This document shows positions 1 to 9,468 of a DNA stretch of 64,000 bases, piece after piece. Under the pieces are notes generated by a model, which searched no databases, was not told the origin of the DNA, and worked only from the letters and a program-made list of their open reading frames with translations. This DNA comes from Minisyncoccia bacterium (GTDB taxonomy: Bacteria > Patescibacteriota > Minisyncoccia > UBA6257 > 2-01-FULL-56-20): assembly GCA_049997875.1 (NCBI GenBank), contig JBEKRC010000003.1, positions 18,725 through 82,724 of the forward strand, written 5' to 3'. The first letter of the stretch is position 1. Every line of letters begins with the position of its first letter. The position numbers and the translations under genes were made by a program.

Positions 1-125
1 TATGCAAACCTCATTTTCTCCATCTCCAACCTCATTCCTATCCAATTGAGAGTTCTAAACGCATCCAACAGGGGCAGCAAATCAAAGCCGTCGCGTGCAC
101 CAGACTTTTGATTTAAAATGGAAAG

Positions 126-812
126 GTGCTCGACCAATATCATTATGCATACTTGATCGGCGATCTGATACTCGCCTTTCCCGTCTGGGCCGTTATTTTT
201 TATTTCCGTAAGGACCTCCGCAAAGAGATGATACTGGCCGGAATATTGCTTGGAATAATTTCTGTCCTTACAGAGCCATGGTATTCACGCGACTATTGGC
301 ATCCAGAAGGGCTCGATTACCTAAGAAGGGCCCTCGGTGATTTCTTTTTCGGGTTTTTCCCAGGATCCGTCGCGTGCGTCATTTATGAAGCGGTTTTGGG
401 CAAAAAACTCGCGAAAAGACATAATCGTCAACACCACTGGAAAAAATTCTTCTGGCTGTTGCTGCTCGGCGGCGGCGCTCTATTTTTGATTCTTGTCTAT
501 CACGGCATCAATTCAATATATGCCAGTTCGATTTCGCTGGTTGTGATTGCTCTCGCCATGACTACTTTCCGCAAAGATCTTTTTTGGGACGCCGTTTTGA
601 GCAGCTTACTTTTCGGTTTGCTCTGCGCCACAGGATATGAAATATTCTTTTCTATATACCCAGGCATACTTCAGGCGTGGTGGCTCTCAGCGCATGCGAG
701 CGGACTTATAGCGGGTATACCCATTGGAGATTTGACATTTGAATTTTCGCTAGGGATGGCGATGGGTCCCATATATGAATTTCTCATCGGGGCAAAACTC
801 AAAAACAAGTAG
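126..812 (+). CDS. polytopic integral membrane protein (function unknown; GTG start)
   Basis: 228-aa ORF with several hydrophobic helices. Codon 126-128 is GTG. No confident family assignment from sequence alone. Confidence 0.5.
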   Translation: MLDQYHYAYLIGDLILAFPVWAVIFYFRKDLRKEMILAGILLGIISVLTEPWYSRDYWHPEGLDYLRRALGDFFFGFFPGSVACVIYEAVLGKKLAKRHNRQHHWKKFFWLLLLGGGALFLILVYHGINSIYASSISLVVIALAMTTFRKDLFWDAVLSSLLFGLLCATGYEIFFSIYPGILQAWWLSAHASGLIAGIPIGDLTFEFSLGMAMGPIYEFLIGAKLKNK

Positions 813-939
813 ATTCTCTTGAACTTCGCCTAGTGTAATAGGTTCCCACAGCGTCCCACATGACCAGCACCGGATGTTTCGTTCTATGAAAAGATAAGGC
901 GTCTCACTACCGACCTGGTGCCCTGTCTCCTCTACATTG

Positions 940-1512
940 TCAATGCACAACCAACGCCGCCACATCCATTACCGATTCACGAGAAAAAGCGACGAACCGA
1001 TGCCGCAGTGCCGCGCGAACGCTGAATTCCTTTTGGGCCGCCCACGCATAGACGCCAAAGAACGCCGCGCCGAACCCAAGGTCACCGAGGAGCGTATTGC
1101 GAAAGAAGGGAATCGCCGCCGCATAGCACGCGAGAAGACCCGCGAGCGTGTGCGGATACCACGGCGAGAGCGCCCACACGGCAAAATTCGTTGAGAGATA
1201 AAAGAGAACGGAACCGCCCGCAGTGCCGAGCGCAAATTTCCGCCACGTAAAGTTCGTGCCGATCCAGCCGCCGAGGAACGTTGCGAGCGCAAACGACCCG
1301 TAAACCGCAGCCATGAGCCGCCAGTCGTAAAACCCGATCACGGCGTCGGAAACGAACATCGCGCCGAGCACGATGCCGATGCCCTGCCTTCGCGGCAAAC
1401 GCGCGCCGAGAAAAAGCGCAAGCGCGCCGATCGGCGCGAAATTCGCCGGATGCGGCAGGAGCCGGAACGATGCGGCGGCAAGAGCAAGAAGAATTGCGAG
1501 AAAAAATTTCAT
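940..1512 (-). CDS. small multi-TM membrane protein, possible ECF-transporter substrate-specific (S) component
   Basis: ORF trimmed to the internal ATG (MKFFLAILLALAAAS...). About 6 predicted TM helices. It is last in a same-strand operon with the DUF4430 and prenyltransferase-repeat genes, a context typical of ECF S components. Confidence 0.45.
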   Translation of the reverse strand: MKFFLAILLALAAASFRLLPHPANFAPIGALALFLGARLPRRQGIGIVLGAMFVSDAVIGFYDWRLMAAVYGSFALATFLGGWIGTNFTWRKFALGTAGGSVLFYLSTNFAVWALSPWYPHTLAGLLACYAAAIPFFRNTLLGDLGFGAAFFGVYAWAAQKEFSVRAALRHRFVAFSRESVMDVAALVVH

Positions 1513-1525
1513 GATGGTTTCGTTA

Positions 1526-1993
1526 TTATTGTTGCGACGCGGTGAATTTCCATTCAATGCGGTCGCCCGCATGCACCGCGGTGTGATCGGCGCCCTCCGT
1601 GGCATACACGCCGTTCACCCAGTACTGCCAGTACGCGCCGCCTGCACCATTAATTTTATCACCAATTTCCGTGATGAGAATCCCCGTGCCTGGATAGGCC
1701 TTGTAATTAAAGGCAAGTCCGGCATTCGCGGCGGCCGTCTGGACCACCAAAAAAACGGTGGAGGTGGCGGCCACAGGAACGGCGCCATTCACAATATTTT
1801 TCGTACCGTCAAAGACAACAAGCGTTGCGGAAGCGACCGGCAAGAGAGCTGGCGCGGACGCGGACGATGACGGAACTTCGGCGGGGACCGCCATGGGCGC
1901 CACTCCCGGTGCCGATGAAAAGGAATGCCATCCTGCCCAACCGGCGAGTGCTGCCGCAACCACAATGCACGCAATAATAAAAAATCTTTTCAT
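1526..1993 (-). CDS. DUF4430-family secreted protein (transcobalamin-like fold family)
   Basis: Signal-peptide-like N-terminus MKRFFIIACIVVAAALAGW. C-terminal GAYWQYWVNG...DRIEWKF motif region is typical of DUF4430. Its ATG overlaps the upstream gene's stop (ATGA at 1990-1993). Confidence 0.6.
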   Translation of the reverse strand: MKRFFIIACIVVAAALAGWAGWHSFSSAPGVAPMAVPAEVPSSSASAPALLPVASATLVVFDGTKNIVNGAVPVAATSTVFLVVQTAAANAGLAFNYKAYPGTGILITEIGDKINGAGGAYWQYWVNGVYATEGADHTAVHAGDRIEWKFTASQQ

Positions 1994-3528
1994 TGGCTCT
2001 TGCAAAGATTATTCAGAACTGCACGGGTTGTGGCGCCCACATAGCCGTTGCCGGACGAAAGCCCGTTCGGCGCAAGGATCTGATCGGCAAAAATATTCTG
2101 AAAAGCGATAATCGCATTTTTGGTTCCATTGCCAAAATAGGCGGTCTCGTTGCCTGGCGAGCCGGGACCGTCCTTTGCCACCTCCGTAAGCGAGGTATAG
2201 TTGAGAACTCTTTGGAGAGTCTCCACATCGGGATCGTTCATTCCTTGATGTAGGTTTTTATTGAACGCAGCCGTGCAATCGTTCCCCTTGAACTCCAGTG
2301 TGACCAATTCTTTTTCCAAATCAATGATCTCGGTAATCACGCTTGTCGTTGACGCACCGAGAACCACTCCTCGTATTGGCGTGAGGGTACTCGTAGCTGT
2401 GTTCTCTGCTGCCGATGGTGATGGAGGCAAACTGCTTCCTCCATTGCTCCCTCCACCACCACCGCTACCACCCCCTCCCCCGTTCCCTCCTCCCACTAGC
2501 ACGACGACCCCCGTTGAGGTCGCCGTGGTGCTCGTAGCCGCCATACCGGAGACCGGCGTAATCACGGCGGTCGGCAAAAACTTCCCAAGGAGAGCGATCA
2601 CGGCGTATGCGGTCGTCACCGGACTGAACGAATCCTCGCCGCTCCCCGACTGATATTCAAAAAATCCGGAAGTGGCGTTCTGCAACGAAAGCAAACTCGC
2701 CACGGGATCGGTGCCGCTCGCCGCGGTCCAGGCGGACGACGTCGGACGTTGCCCAAGCGCATTGATCGCTGAAATGATCCACGAATCGGATGAGGCATCC
2801 GTAGACGTCCCGTAGGGGCTCGCGGGATCATACGAAAACCCGCCATCGGGGTTTTGGGCGCTCTTCAAATATTTGACGGCATTCTGAATGGCAGGGTCGG
2901 AAACGTTTGACCCGGTCGCAAGGAGTGCCATGACGGCGGCTGCAGTTGTATTCGTATCGCTCGTTCCGCCGATGGCATACGCGAAGCCGCCGTCCACGGC
3001 GTTTTGGTTATTCAACAAGAAACCTCGCGCGCCCGAGACCGTCGGATCGTTTGACGACACTCCCGCCGCACGCAACGCGAGCAATCCGAAAATGTCGTCG
3101 TTGAGCGTAGCGGTGCCCCCGATCTCGCCGGTCGTCGTACTCACAAAACTTTCAAGGCCTGCAACGAGGTCTTCGCCACCGATAAATGTGCGCGGATCGC
3201 TGCCGATCGCCGCGATCGCCATGATCGGCGCCTCAAGAGCGATCGCCGTAGAGGTGCTCGTACCCGCGAGCGCAAGCGACACGGAAGAAGTGCTCGGCGT
3301 GTTACCCGCTAGAGAAAGCGCCATGATGCTCCACGGACTAAGCAGCTTGGATTGCAAATAAGAAACAGCGGCGGCGATCGCCGAGGCAACGTCCGGCGTC
3401 GTGGAAGCGGTAGTGGAAACGGTGGAGGTGGCAATGGTGGAGCTCGCGTCTGCAAACGAATGCGAAGGCCGTGCCATAAACATTGCAACGGCAACCGAGA
3501 GAACGACGAATAAAAAAGTTTTTTTCAT
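1990..3528 (-). CDS. secreted prenyltransferase/squalene-oxidase-repeat protein with Gly-rich linker and C-terminal peptidoglycan-binding (PG_binding_1-like) domain
   Basis: Signal peptide MKKTFLFVVLSVAVAMF. Repeated ...DGGFAY/ DGGFSYD... terpenoid-cyclase-like repeats. Poly-G/S linker GGGNGGGGGSGGGGGSNGG. C-terminal ...LQRVLN...GNGTKNAIIAFQ... PG-binding-like motif. Confidence 0.6.
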   Translation of the reverse strand: MKKTFLFVVLSVAVAMFMARPSHSFADASSTIATSTVSTTASTTPDVASAIAAAVSYLQSKLLSPWSIMALSLAGNTPSTSSVSLALAGTSTSTAIALEAPIMAIAAIGSDPRTFIGGEDLVAGLESFVSTTTGEIGGTATLNDDIFGLLALRAAGVSSNDPTVSGARGFLLNNQNAVDGGFAYAIGGTSDTNTTAAAVMALLATGSNVSDPAIQNAVKYLKSAQNPDGGFSYDPASPYGTSTDASSDSWIISAINALGQRPTSSAWTAASGTDPVASLLSLQNATSGFFEYQSGSGEDSFSPVTTAYAVIALLGKFLPTAVITPVSGMAATSTTATSTGVVVLVGGGNGGGGGSGGGGGSNGGSSLPPSPSAAENTATSTLTPIRGVVLGASTTSVITEIIDLEKELVTLEFKGNDCTAAFNKNLHQGMNDPDVETLQRVLNYTSLTEVAKDGPGSPGNETAYFGNGTKNAIIAFQNIFADQILAPNGLSSGNGYVGATTRAVLNNLCKSQ

Positions 3529-3841
3529 GAAACGAAAAATCCCGCAACGAGCGGGACGACAGGCGACAATGCAGCACCTCCATCGTCCCTTAGCTCGAGG
3601 AACCTGGTTTATTTTTATTTATCGGAAATGGTAACCGGACTTTCCGCGGCTCCGCGGATCACCGTAGCGGCACTGTGCGGGATTCCCACCCGCTTCCCCA
3701 TTCCCGATAAGGACCTAATGACCTCTAAATTTTCAACGATGCTTTTCCAGTGTAAGAACCAACCCCAACACGCGTCAAGGGCTCTTCTGTGGATAACTCT
3801 CGCCCGCCAAACCCACGGCATAATCATGCATAATGACGCGT

Positions 3842-5041
3842 TTAAGCACGATGACGAACACGCTCGGCGGAGACAACGAGGAAGAGCGCACAACCGATAA
3901 GCGATACCGCGGCGGCATACCCGAGCGCGGCGCTTGAATCAACGCTTGTCCACAAGAGCCCGCCGATAAGACCCGCGCCGAGCGACGAAAAGCCGACCGC
4001 CATGTTCAAAAATCCCTGCGCCGTTGCGATGAGCTCGTGCTCCGCGCCGAACGCTTTCGCGGCGAGCATCCGCTGCATCCCGTCGGTCGCCGCGGAGTAA
4101 ACTCCGAGCGCGGCGAACGAAGCCGTAAGCATCACGATGTGCGCGGAAGACAGCAGTCCGATGTACGCAAGGACCGCGACGAGAAATCCTCCCGCGATCA
4201 CCGCACGCTCCCCGATCCGATCGGCCAGTCGGCCGAGCGGTATTGAAAAGAACACAAACGCAAGACTGTACACAAAATACATGAGCGGCACGTCGGCCAC
4301 GTTGCCTACCTCCTTCGCTTTCAAAAGCACAAGGGCGATGGGGAGCGTGCCAAGACCGAAGACGAAAATGGAAATGACGATGGACACAAAACGCCGATGC
4401 GTGCGGAAAAGATTCCAGTTTAAACGCGGACGCGGTTTTTGGACGGTGCCTTCAATTTTCTTGTCTTTCACGAACACGAAAGACGCGATGGCCAGGAATC
4501 CGAGCACGAAAGCGATAAAGAAAAGTTTTCTATAGCTCCCGCCCAAAAACGGCAAAAGAAAAAATGCCGAGAGCGGGCCGATCGTCGCGCCCAAGGTGTC
4601 CATCGCGCGGTGAAAACCGTAGGAACGGCCAAGCTCCGATTCGGGCGCCGACTCGGCGATCAAAGCATCGCGCGGCGCATCGCGGAAGCCCTTGCCCACG
4701 CGATCCGCGACGCGCAGGCCGAACACCTGCCAAACGTTCTGCGCGAACATCAGAAACCACCGCGTGGCATCCGAAATGACATATCCCACGACCGCCGGCA
4801 GCTTGCGCTTGTGGACCTTGTCCGAAAACCACCCGGAGACCACCTTAAGCACGCTTGAGATCGCGTCCGCCGCGCCGTCTATAAAACCCACGAAGACCGC
4901 GGGGGCACCCAAGACCGAGGTAAGGAAAACGGGCATCACCGACTGTACCATTTCGCCCGAAAGGTCGTTGAACATGCTAACGAGTCCGAGGAAGAAAATG
5001 TTCTTCCGCACGCCCATGATCTTTTTCTCTTCGTCCATCAC
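3842..5041 (-). CDS. MFS transporter
   Basis: 399 aa with 12 predicted TM segments. MFS-type motif GLRVADRVGKG between TM2 and TM3. Confidence 0.7.
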   Translation of the reverse strand: MMDEEKKIMGVRKNIFFLGLVSMFNDLSGEMVQSVMPVFLTSVLGAPAVFVGFIDGAADAISSVLKVVSGWFSDKVHKRKLPAVVGYVISDATRWFLMFAQNVWQVFGLRVADRVGKGFRDAPRDALIAESAPESELGRSYGFHRAMDTLGATIGPLSAFFLLPFLGGSYRKLFFIAFVLGFLAIASFVFVKDKKIEGTVQKPRPRLNWNLFRTHRRFVSIVISIFVFGLGTLPIALVLLKAKEVGNVADVPLMYFVYSLAFVFFSIPLGRLADRIGERAVIAGGFLVAVLAYIGLLSSAHIVMLTASFAALGVYSAATDGMQRMLAAKAFGAEHELIATAQGFLNMAVGFSSLGAGLIGGLLWTSVDSSAALGYAAAVSLIGCALFLVVSAERVRHRA

Positions 5042-5079
5042 TCCATTATAACGCGCGTTTTGAGATATACTAAGAGAAT

Positions 5080-6246
5080 ATGCCCCCGGAAAAAAGATCT
5101 GTCATTTCCCGCGCGCGGAGCTGGTATGCGCGCTTTGAGCGGCCGATCTCATCGCTGTCGCTTGTCGGCGGTTTCGTATTTGACGCAATCACCCTGCGGC
5201 GCGTGGACGTGTGGCTGGATAATTTCTGGGTCATCGCACACCTTACGATCGTCACGATCTGCGCCGTCTGGATCAATCTCTTGGACAATACCGCAAGCGA
5301 AACCGGCGTGCGACCGGAAGCGGACCCTCACCGGCTCCACTTTTGGCTCGTGAACGTCATGCAATTCTTTTTCGGCGGCATTCTGTCCGTCTATCTTGTC
5401 TTTTATTTCCGAAGCGGCACGTTTGCGACGAGCTGGCCGTTCCTTTTGATCCTCGCCCTCGCGTTTATTGCAAATGAATCCCTGAAACGCCATTTCGCGC
5501 GACTCTCGTTCCAGATAGCGCTCCTATTCCTCGCGTTTTATTCCTTCGCCATCTACCTCATGCCGATCCTGCTCCATGAGATCAGCATGCGAGTATTCCT
5601 ATTGAGCGGCATAGTGAGCGTGGGCGCAATCGGCGTGCTCCTTTTTGTCCTTGCCCATTTCTCGCGCGAGCGGTTCCGGGGGCGGAGCGGTTGGGCAGTG
5701 CTCTTTTCCATCGTGGGCATACTCATCATCGTGAACGGCCTCTATTTTTTGAACCTGATCCCGCCGCTTCCCTTGTCACTTAAAGACGCCGACGTGTATC
5801 ACGCGCTCGTTGCAAACGGCCCCGGCAATTACACGGTGACCGACGAACACCAACCTACGACCGGCCTCGCGTCCGTGGATTTCCTCACGCGCTTTTTCGC
5901 CTTGAGCCAAACCGTCCACATCGTACGGGGCGATTCACTCACGGCCTACACCGCCGTCTTTTCTCCTACGGCACTGAACACGAACGTCGTCCATGAATGG
6001 CAGTACTACGACGCGGCGGCGGGCACGTGGGTCACGCGCGGCCGCATTTTGCTTTCCGTTGTCGGCGGTCGCGACGGCGGCTACCGCACCTTTTCCGAAG
6101 AACCCGCGATCACCAAGGGCCCTTGGCGCGTAAACGTGGAATCCCCGACCGGCCAGGTTATCGGACGCCTGAACTTTGACGTTGTCGTGCAAAACGCGGA
6201 ACCCGCGCTCGTCGCAGAAACGATCGGCGGAACAACAATGAATTGA
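5080..6246 (+). CDS. membrane protein with N-terminal polytopic region and C-terminal soluble domain (unknown function)
   Basis: 388-aa ORF. About 7 hydrophobic helices in the first 260 aa, then a hydrophilic C-terminal domain. No recognisable catalytic motif. Confidence 0.5.
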   Translation: MPPEKRSVISRARSWYARFERPISSLSLVGGFVFDAITLRRVDVWLDNFWVIAHLTIVTICAVWINLLDNTASETGVRPEADPHRLHFWLVNVMQFFFGGILSVYLVFYFRSGTFATSWPFLLILALAFIANESLKRHFARLSFQIALLFLAFYSFAIYLMPILLHEISMRVFLLSGIVSVGAIGVLLFVLAHFSRERFRGRSGWAVLFSIVGILIIVNGLYFLNLIPPLPLSLKDADVYHALVANGPGNYTVTDEHQPTTGLASVDFLTRFFALSQTVHIVRGDSLTAYTAVFSPTALNTNVVHEWQYYDAAAGTWVTRGRILLSVVGGRDGGYRTFSEEPAITKGPWRVNVESPTGQVIGRLNFDVVVQNAEPALVAETIGGTTMN

Positions 6247-6252
6247 TGCCGT

Positions 6253-6849
6253 CTATTTACCATATTTTTTCATAATCCGGCGATAGATCCGGACGAGAAC
6301 GAACATGACGATGGCGACGGCGACAACCGCCGCGAACAAACTCATGATGTTGGAAAAGTCGCTCCAATAGCTTCCGACCGCATAGCCGAGGGTGAGCGCG
6401 CCGAACGGCTCAATGAAATTTCCCAAAAAATCGTAGGTAAGAAAAATAAGAAAGGGCACCCCGACGAGGCCAGCGAGAAAATTCGCGATTGGGCTCAATG
6501 ACCCCGCGAAGCGAGTCACGAACACCGTGACGGCCGCATCCGTGCGCAACTCTTCCTTCACATACTCAAAGAAGCGGACTTTGTACAATCGCAGCACCCG
6601 AATGACCGTATCGCCGTAATGCCGCGTGAGTGCGTAACCCGTGAGGTCGCCCAACGTGTTCGCGACGACCGCAACCGCGAGCGAAAACCAAAAACTGAAA
6701 TAGCCCTGGCTGGCGAACGCGCCCACGGCGAGCAACATGCTGTTCGCGGGCCAAGGGACGATGACCGCGGCGGAGTAGACAATAAAAAAAAGCGCCGTGT
6801 ACTTATAGAGCAGGACATACGACAAAAGCGAGCCGAGGAGCGATTCCAT
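6253..6849 (-). CDS. DedA/SNARE-associated (VTT domain) membrane protein
   Basis: 198 aa. Motif region ...GYFSFWFSLAVAVVANTLGDLTGYALTRHYG... typical of the DedA/TVP38 family. Confidence 0.65.
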   Translation of the reverse strand: MESLLGSLLSYVLLYKYTALFFIVYSAAVIVPWPANSMLLAVGAFASQGYFSFWFSLAVAVVANTLGDLTGYALTRHYGDTVIRVLRLYKVRFFEYVKEELRTDAAVTVFVTRFAGSLSPIANFLAGLVGVPFLIFLTYDFLGNFIEPFGALTLGYAVGSYWSDFSNIMSLFAAVVAVAIVMFVLVRIYRRIMKKYGK

Positions 6850-6856
6850 CGTTCGT

Positions 6857-7321
6857 TTATTGCGTGATCAGATATGCGCGCACCGCGGTTTCCACCTGGC
6901 CCAAAAACACGTTGGGATCCAAATGCCCGCTCCGTGCGTAACCGCCGAGAGAAAGTTGCGGATAATGAGGGTCCGCGATGGACAATTGGGTCTTCAAATA
7001 ATCGGCGGGGAGATTGAAAATCCTGTTGAGATAATCAAACGTCATCCAGGGGCGGATGAGAGCTGCCTCATTCGCCGTCAAAGGGCCGTGACGCTGGATA
7101 AGAGACGTTATGAAAAATTCGCGTGCGTTTATGACTTGGGCCCGCCGCAGCGCACGGTACTGCATCACCGCGAAGACAATCAAAACCAAAAAAATGACGC
7201 CCAAAATAATGAGGGCGTATCGTACTGCGCGGGCGAGCCGACGATTCCGATGATTGGGTTCCATTGGCATGAATGATTTAACAATTAACACTATATGGAA
7301 TCGTCTGTTGTTTTGCAACAT
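6857..7321 (-). CDS. small membrane-anchored protein (unknown function)
   Basis: 154-aa ORF with a single TM helix near the N-terminus (start may be the internal MPMEP at 7270). Divergent from the thioredoxin-like gene. Confidence 0.4.
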   Translation of the reverse strand: MLQNNRRFHIVLIVKSFMPMEPNHRNRRLARAVRYALIILGVIFLVLIVFAVMQYRALRRAQVINAREFFITSLIQRHGPLTANEAALIRPWMTFDYLNRIFNLPADYLKTQLSIADPHYPQLSLGGYARSGHLDPNVFLGQVETAVRAYLITQ

Positions 7322-7361
7322 TGTCCGCGCGAGCCCGCCCGTGCTATACTCTCCGTACCGA

Positions 7362-7775
7362 ATGACGGAAGAACAAGAACGGCAAACGAAGCGGGTGAGG
7401 CGGGCGACGTGGATTTTTATTGCGATCGCCGCCGCGCTCTCCGTTTTCCTCTATCTGAAAAACCTGCCGCCGCCGAACGGCACGTATGACGCCTTCGCGA
7501 AATGCATCGCGAGCACGACAACGAAATTCTACGGCGCGTTTTGGTGCTCCCACTGCGAGGATCAAAAGCGCGAATTCGGCAATGCCGCCCAATATCTCCC
7601 TTATATAGAATGTTCAACGCCAGATGGGTCGGGAGAAACGAAAGCGTGCCAAGACGCGGGCATCACGGAATATCCGACGTGGTATTTCCCCGACGGCTCA
7701 AGCTCCACGGGCGTTCAATCGCCGCAGATGCTTTCCCAAAAAACCGGTTGTCCCCTATCCATGTCCACGCCGTAG
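7362..7775 (+). CDS. membrane-anchored thioredoxin-fold thiol-disulfide oxidoreductase (DsbA/BdbD-like, CxxC = WCSHC)
   Basis: Start trimmed to the ATG (MTEEQ). N-terminal TM anchor, then FYGAFWCSHCEDQKREF thioredoxin-like active site. Lies immediately upstream of the DsbB-like gene. Confidence 0.6.
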   Translation: MTEEQERQTKRVRRATWIFIAIAAALSVFLYLKNLPPPNGTYDAFAKCIASTTTKFYGAFWCSHCEDQKREFGNAAQYLPYIECSTPDGSGETKACQDAGITEYPTWYFPDGSSSTGVQSPQMLSQKTGCPLSMSTP

Positions 7776-7799
7776 GGCATATGTAATATAATTCCATCT

Positions 7800-8357
7800 A
7801 TGGCCCCATTCGCCGGGCACATCACGGATATTCTTTCGCTCCTCACGCTCCTCGCCGACATCTTTGCCGTGGCACTTTTTCTTCTGCTTATAACCCCGCT
7901 CAAGCGGCATAGCTGGGGCAGAACGCTTGCCGACTTCTTCGGCGAGCGGGCGATCTTTCTTTCGTTTCTTGTCGCTTTCGCGGCCACCTTCGGCAGCTTG
8001 TTCTATTCGCAAGTAGTGGGATTCCCGCCGTGCGATCTCTGTTGGTGGCAGCGCATCTTCCTCTATCCGCAAACGATCCTCCTTTTCACCGCCTTCATCA
8101 AAAAGGATGAGAATATGCGCCTGCACTCCATCGTCCTTTCAAGCGTTGGCGCCCTGATCGCGCTCTATCAGACATTCATACAATTCGGGGGGAGCTCGCT
8201 TGTTCCCTGCTCCGCTACCGGTCCGAGCTGCACCGTCTTATATTTCCTGGAGTACGGCTACATCACCATCCCCACAATGTCCCTCACCGCGTTCGTGCTA
8301 CTCCTCCTTTTCATGGCGGCACCGAATCCCAAACGGAAAGAGGTGAACGAACTGTAG
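7800..8357 (+). CDS. disulfide bond formation protein B (DsbB/BdbC-like)
   Basis: 185 aa with 4 TM helices. Motif PCDLCWWQRIFLYP (CxxC in the first periplasmic loop) and a second Cys pair (C...C in ...SSLVPCSATGPSC...). Pairs with the upstream thioredoxin-like gene. Confidence 0.65.
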   Translation: MAPFAGHITDILSLLTLLADIFAVALFLLLITPLKRHSWGRTLADFFGERAIFLSFLVAFAATFGSLFYSQVVGFPPCDLCWWQRIFLYPQTILLFTAFIKKDENMRLHSIVLSSVGALIALYQTFIQFGGSSLVPCSATGPSCTVLYFLEYGYITIPTMSLTAFVLLLLFMAAPNPKRKEVNEL

Positions 8358-8365
8358 CGCTTGTC

Positions 8366-9466
8366 TTATCGCAGCGTTATACAGACAATCTCCGATTTCG
8401 TCCCAAGCCGCAAGGGCGGCCCCCATGTGCCCGCGCCGCTTGAGGTGTACACCCACATGCGATCCAGACGCTTCAGGCCATAATCAAAGCCGTGGTATAT
8501 ACGCCGAGTCAGAACGTTAAGCGGGAAGATCTGGCCGTGGTGGGCGTGACCGGACAATATGAGTGATATTCCCGCGTCGCGCGCGACCGTAAGATGGCTC
8601 GGTTCGTGCTTGATAAGAATTGTGGGCTTGTCTTTGGGAATACTCATGTCGTGCAATACACGCGCGAAATCGTTTTTGTGATGTACGGCCCTGTTGTCCA
8701 CGCCCGCAATCGCAAGTCCCTCGAGATTCGCAACTTCGTTATTTAAAATCCCAATACCGAGGGCCCGTATCGCCGCGAGCGCTTCCGCCATATTCGGCAA
8801 AAAATATTCGTGATTGCCCGTCACGAAATAAACGCCCTTTGGCGGGCGGAGCGACCGCAGCGGTTCAATGAGCGCTGCAGCATCGCAGCGCGTGCCGTCA
8901 TAGAGATCGCCGCCGATCGCAACGGCTTCCGGATGCAATGCGCGTATCTTCTCCGCAACCCTCCGCGCGAATGCCTGCCGCCGCACATTCCCCAAGTGAA
9001 GATCGCTCACGAACACAATGGCCTTTCCACGCCATGATGCAGGGAGGTGCGGGAGTGCAACGTCCACAAACATTGTTGCCACTCTGCCGCTTTTCCACGT
9101 CCCGTAGCAGTGCAAAAGAAAAAGTGCCCCGAAGGCGACGCCACCAAGGAACGGCGGCGGCACGTAATAGTTCGTGCGATACAGCACATTCGCGGACAGG
9201 ACAAACAAAATGGCGCCCACAAAGAGGAAATGGACAAGGCCAAACCAATATGCGGCGGCGGTATAAAACCAATCAATCACGCGACCACGGTACCGGTGAG
9301 CCAAAACGGATGCCGAAAGAAACGTAAACGCCAAGACCGTAAAAACTATTTTGAGCGCCGTCCCGCCGATGCCGAACGCCGCAGCCAGGGTCGCGTATAC
9401 CGCACAATGGACGAATATCAAAAGAACTTGCAGGGTGACTAACACAAGGACGGCGGCAAGTGCCAT
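8366..9466 (-). CDS. membrane-anchored metallophosphoesterase (calcineurin-like, YkuE-type)
   Basis: N-terminal 4-5 TM helices. Catalytic motifs VFVSDLHLG, GGDLYDG and GNHEY are present. Confidence 0.7.
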   Translation of the reverse strand: MALAAVLVLVTLQVLLIFVHCAVYATLAAAFGIGGTALKIVFTVLAFTFLSASVLAHRYRGRVIDWFYTAAAYWFGLVHFLFVGAILFVLSANVLYRTNYYVPPPFLGGVAFGALFLLHCYGTWKSGRVATMFVDVALPHLPASWRGKAIVFVSDLHLGNVRRQAFARRVAEKIRALHPEAVAIGGDLYDGTRCDAAALIEPLRSLRPPKGVYFVTGNHEYFLPNMAEALAAIRALGIGILNNEVANLEGLAIAGVDNRAVHHKNDFARVLHDMSIPKDKPTILIKHEPSHLTVARDAGISLILSGHAHHGQIFPLNVLTRRIYHGFDYGLKRLDRMWVYTSSGAGTWGPPLRLGTKSEIVCITLR

Positions 9467-9468
9467 GG

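Noticed and set aside
2400-2530. Low-complexity, repeat-looking CCTCC/CCACC-rich DNA that could be mistaken for a repeat array
   Set aside because: It lies inside the 1990-3528 CDS and encodes the poly-Gly/Ser linker on the minus strand. There is no spacer-repeat periodicity, so it is not a CRISPR array or independent repeat.
3529-3841. Possible cobalamin riboswitch upstream of the DUF4430 operon
   Set aside because: Neither strand shows the B12 box (GCCACTG) or other riboswitch hallmarks. Only a short CCGCGG palindrome is present. Left for cmscan to settle.
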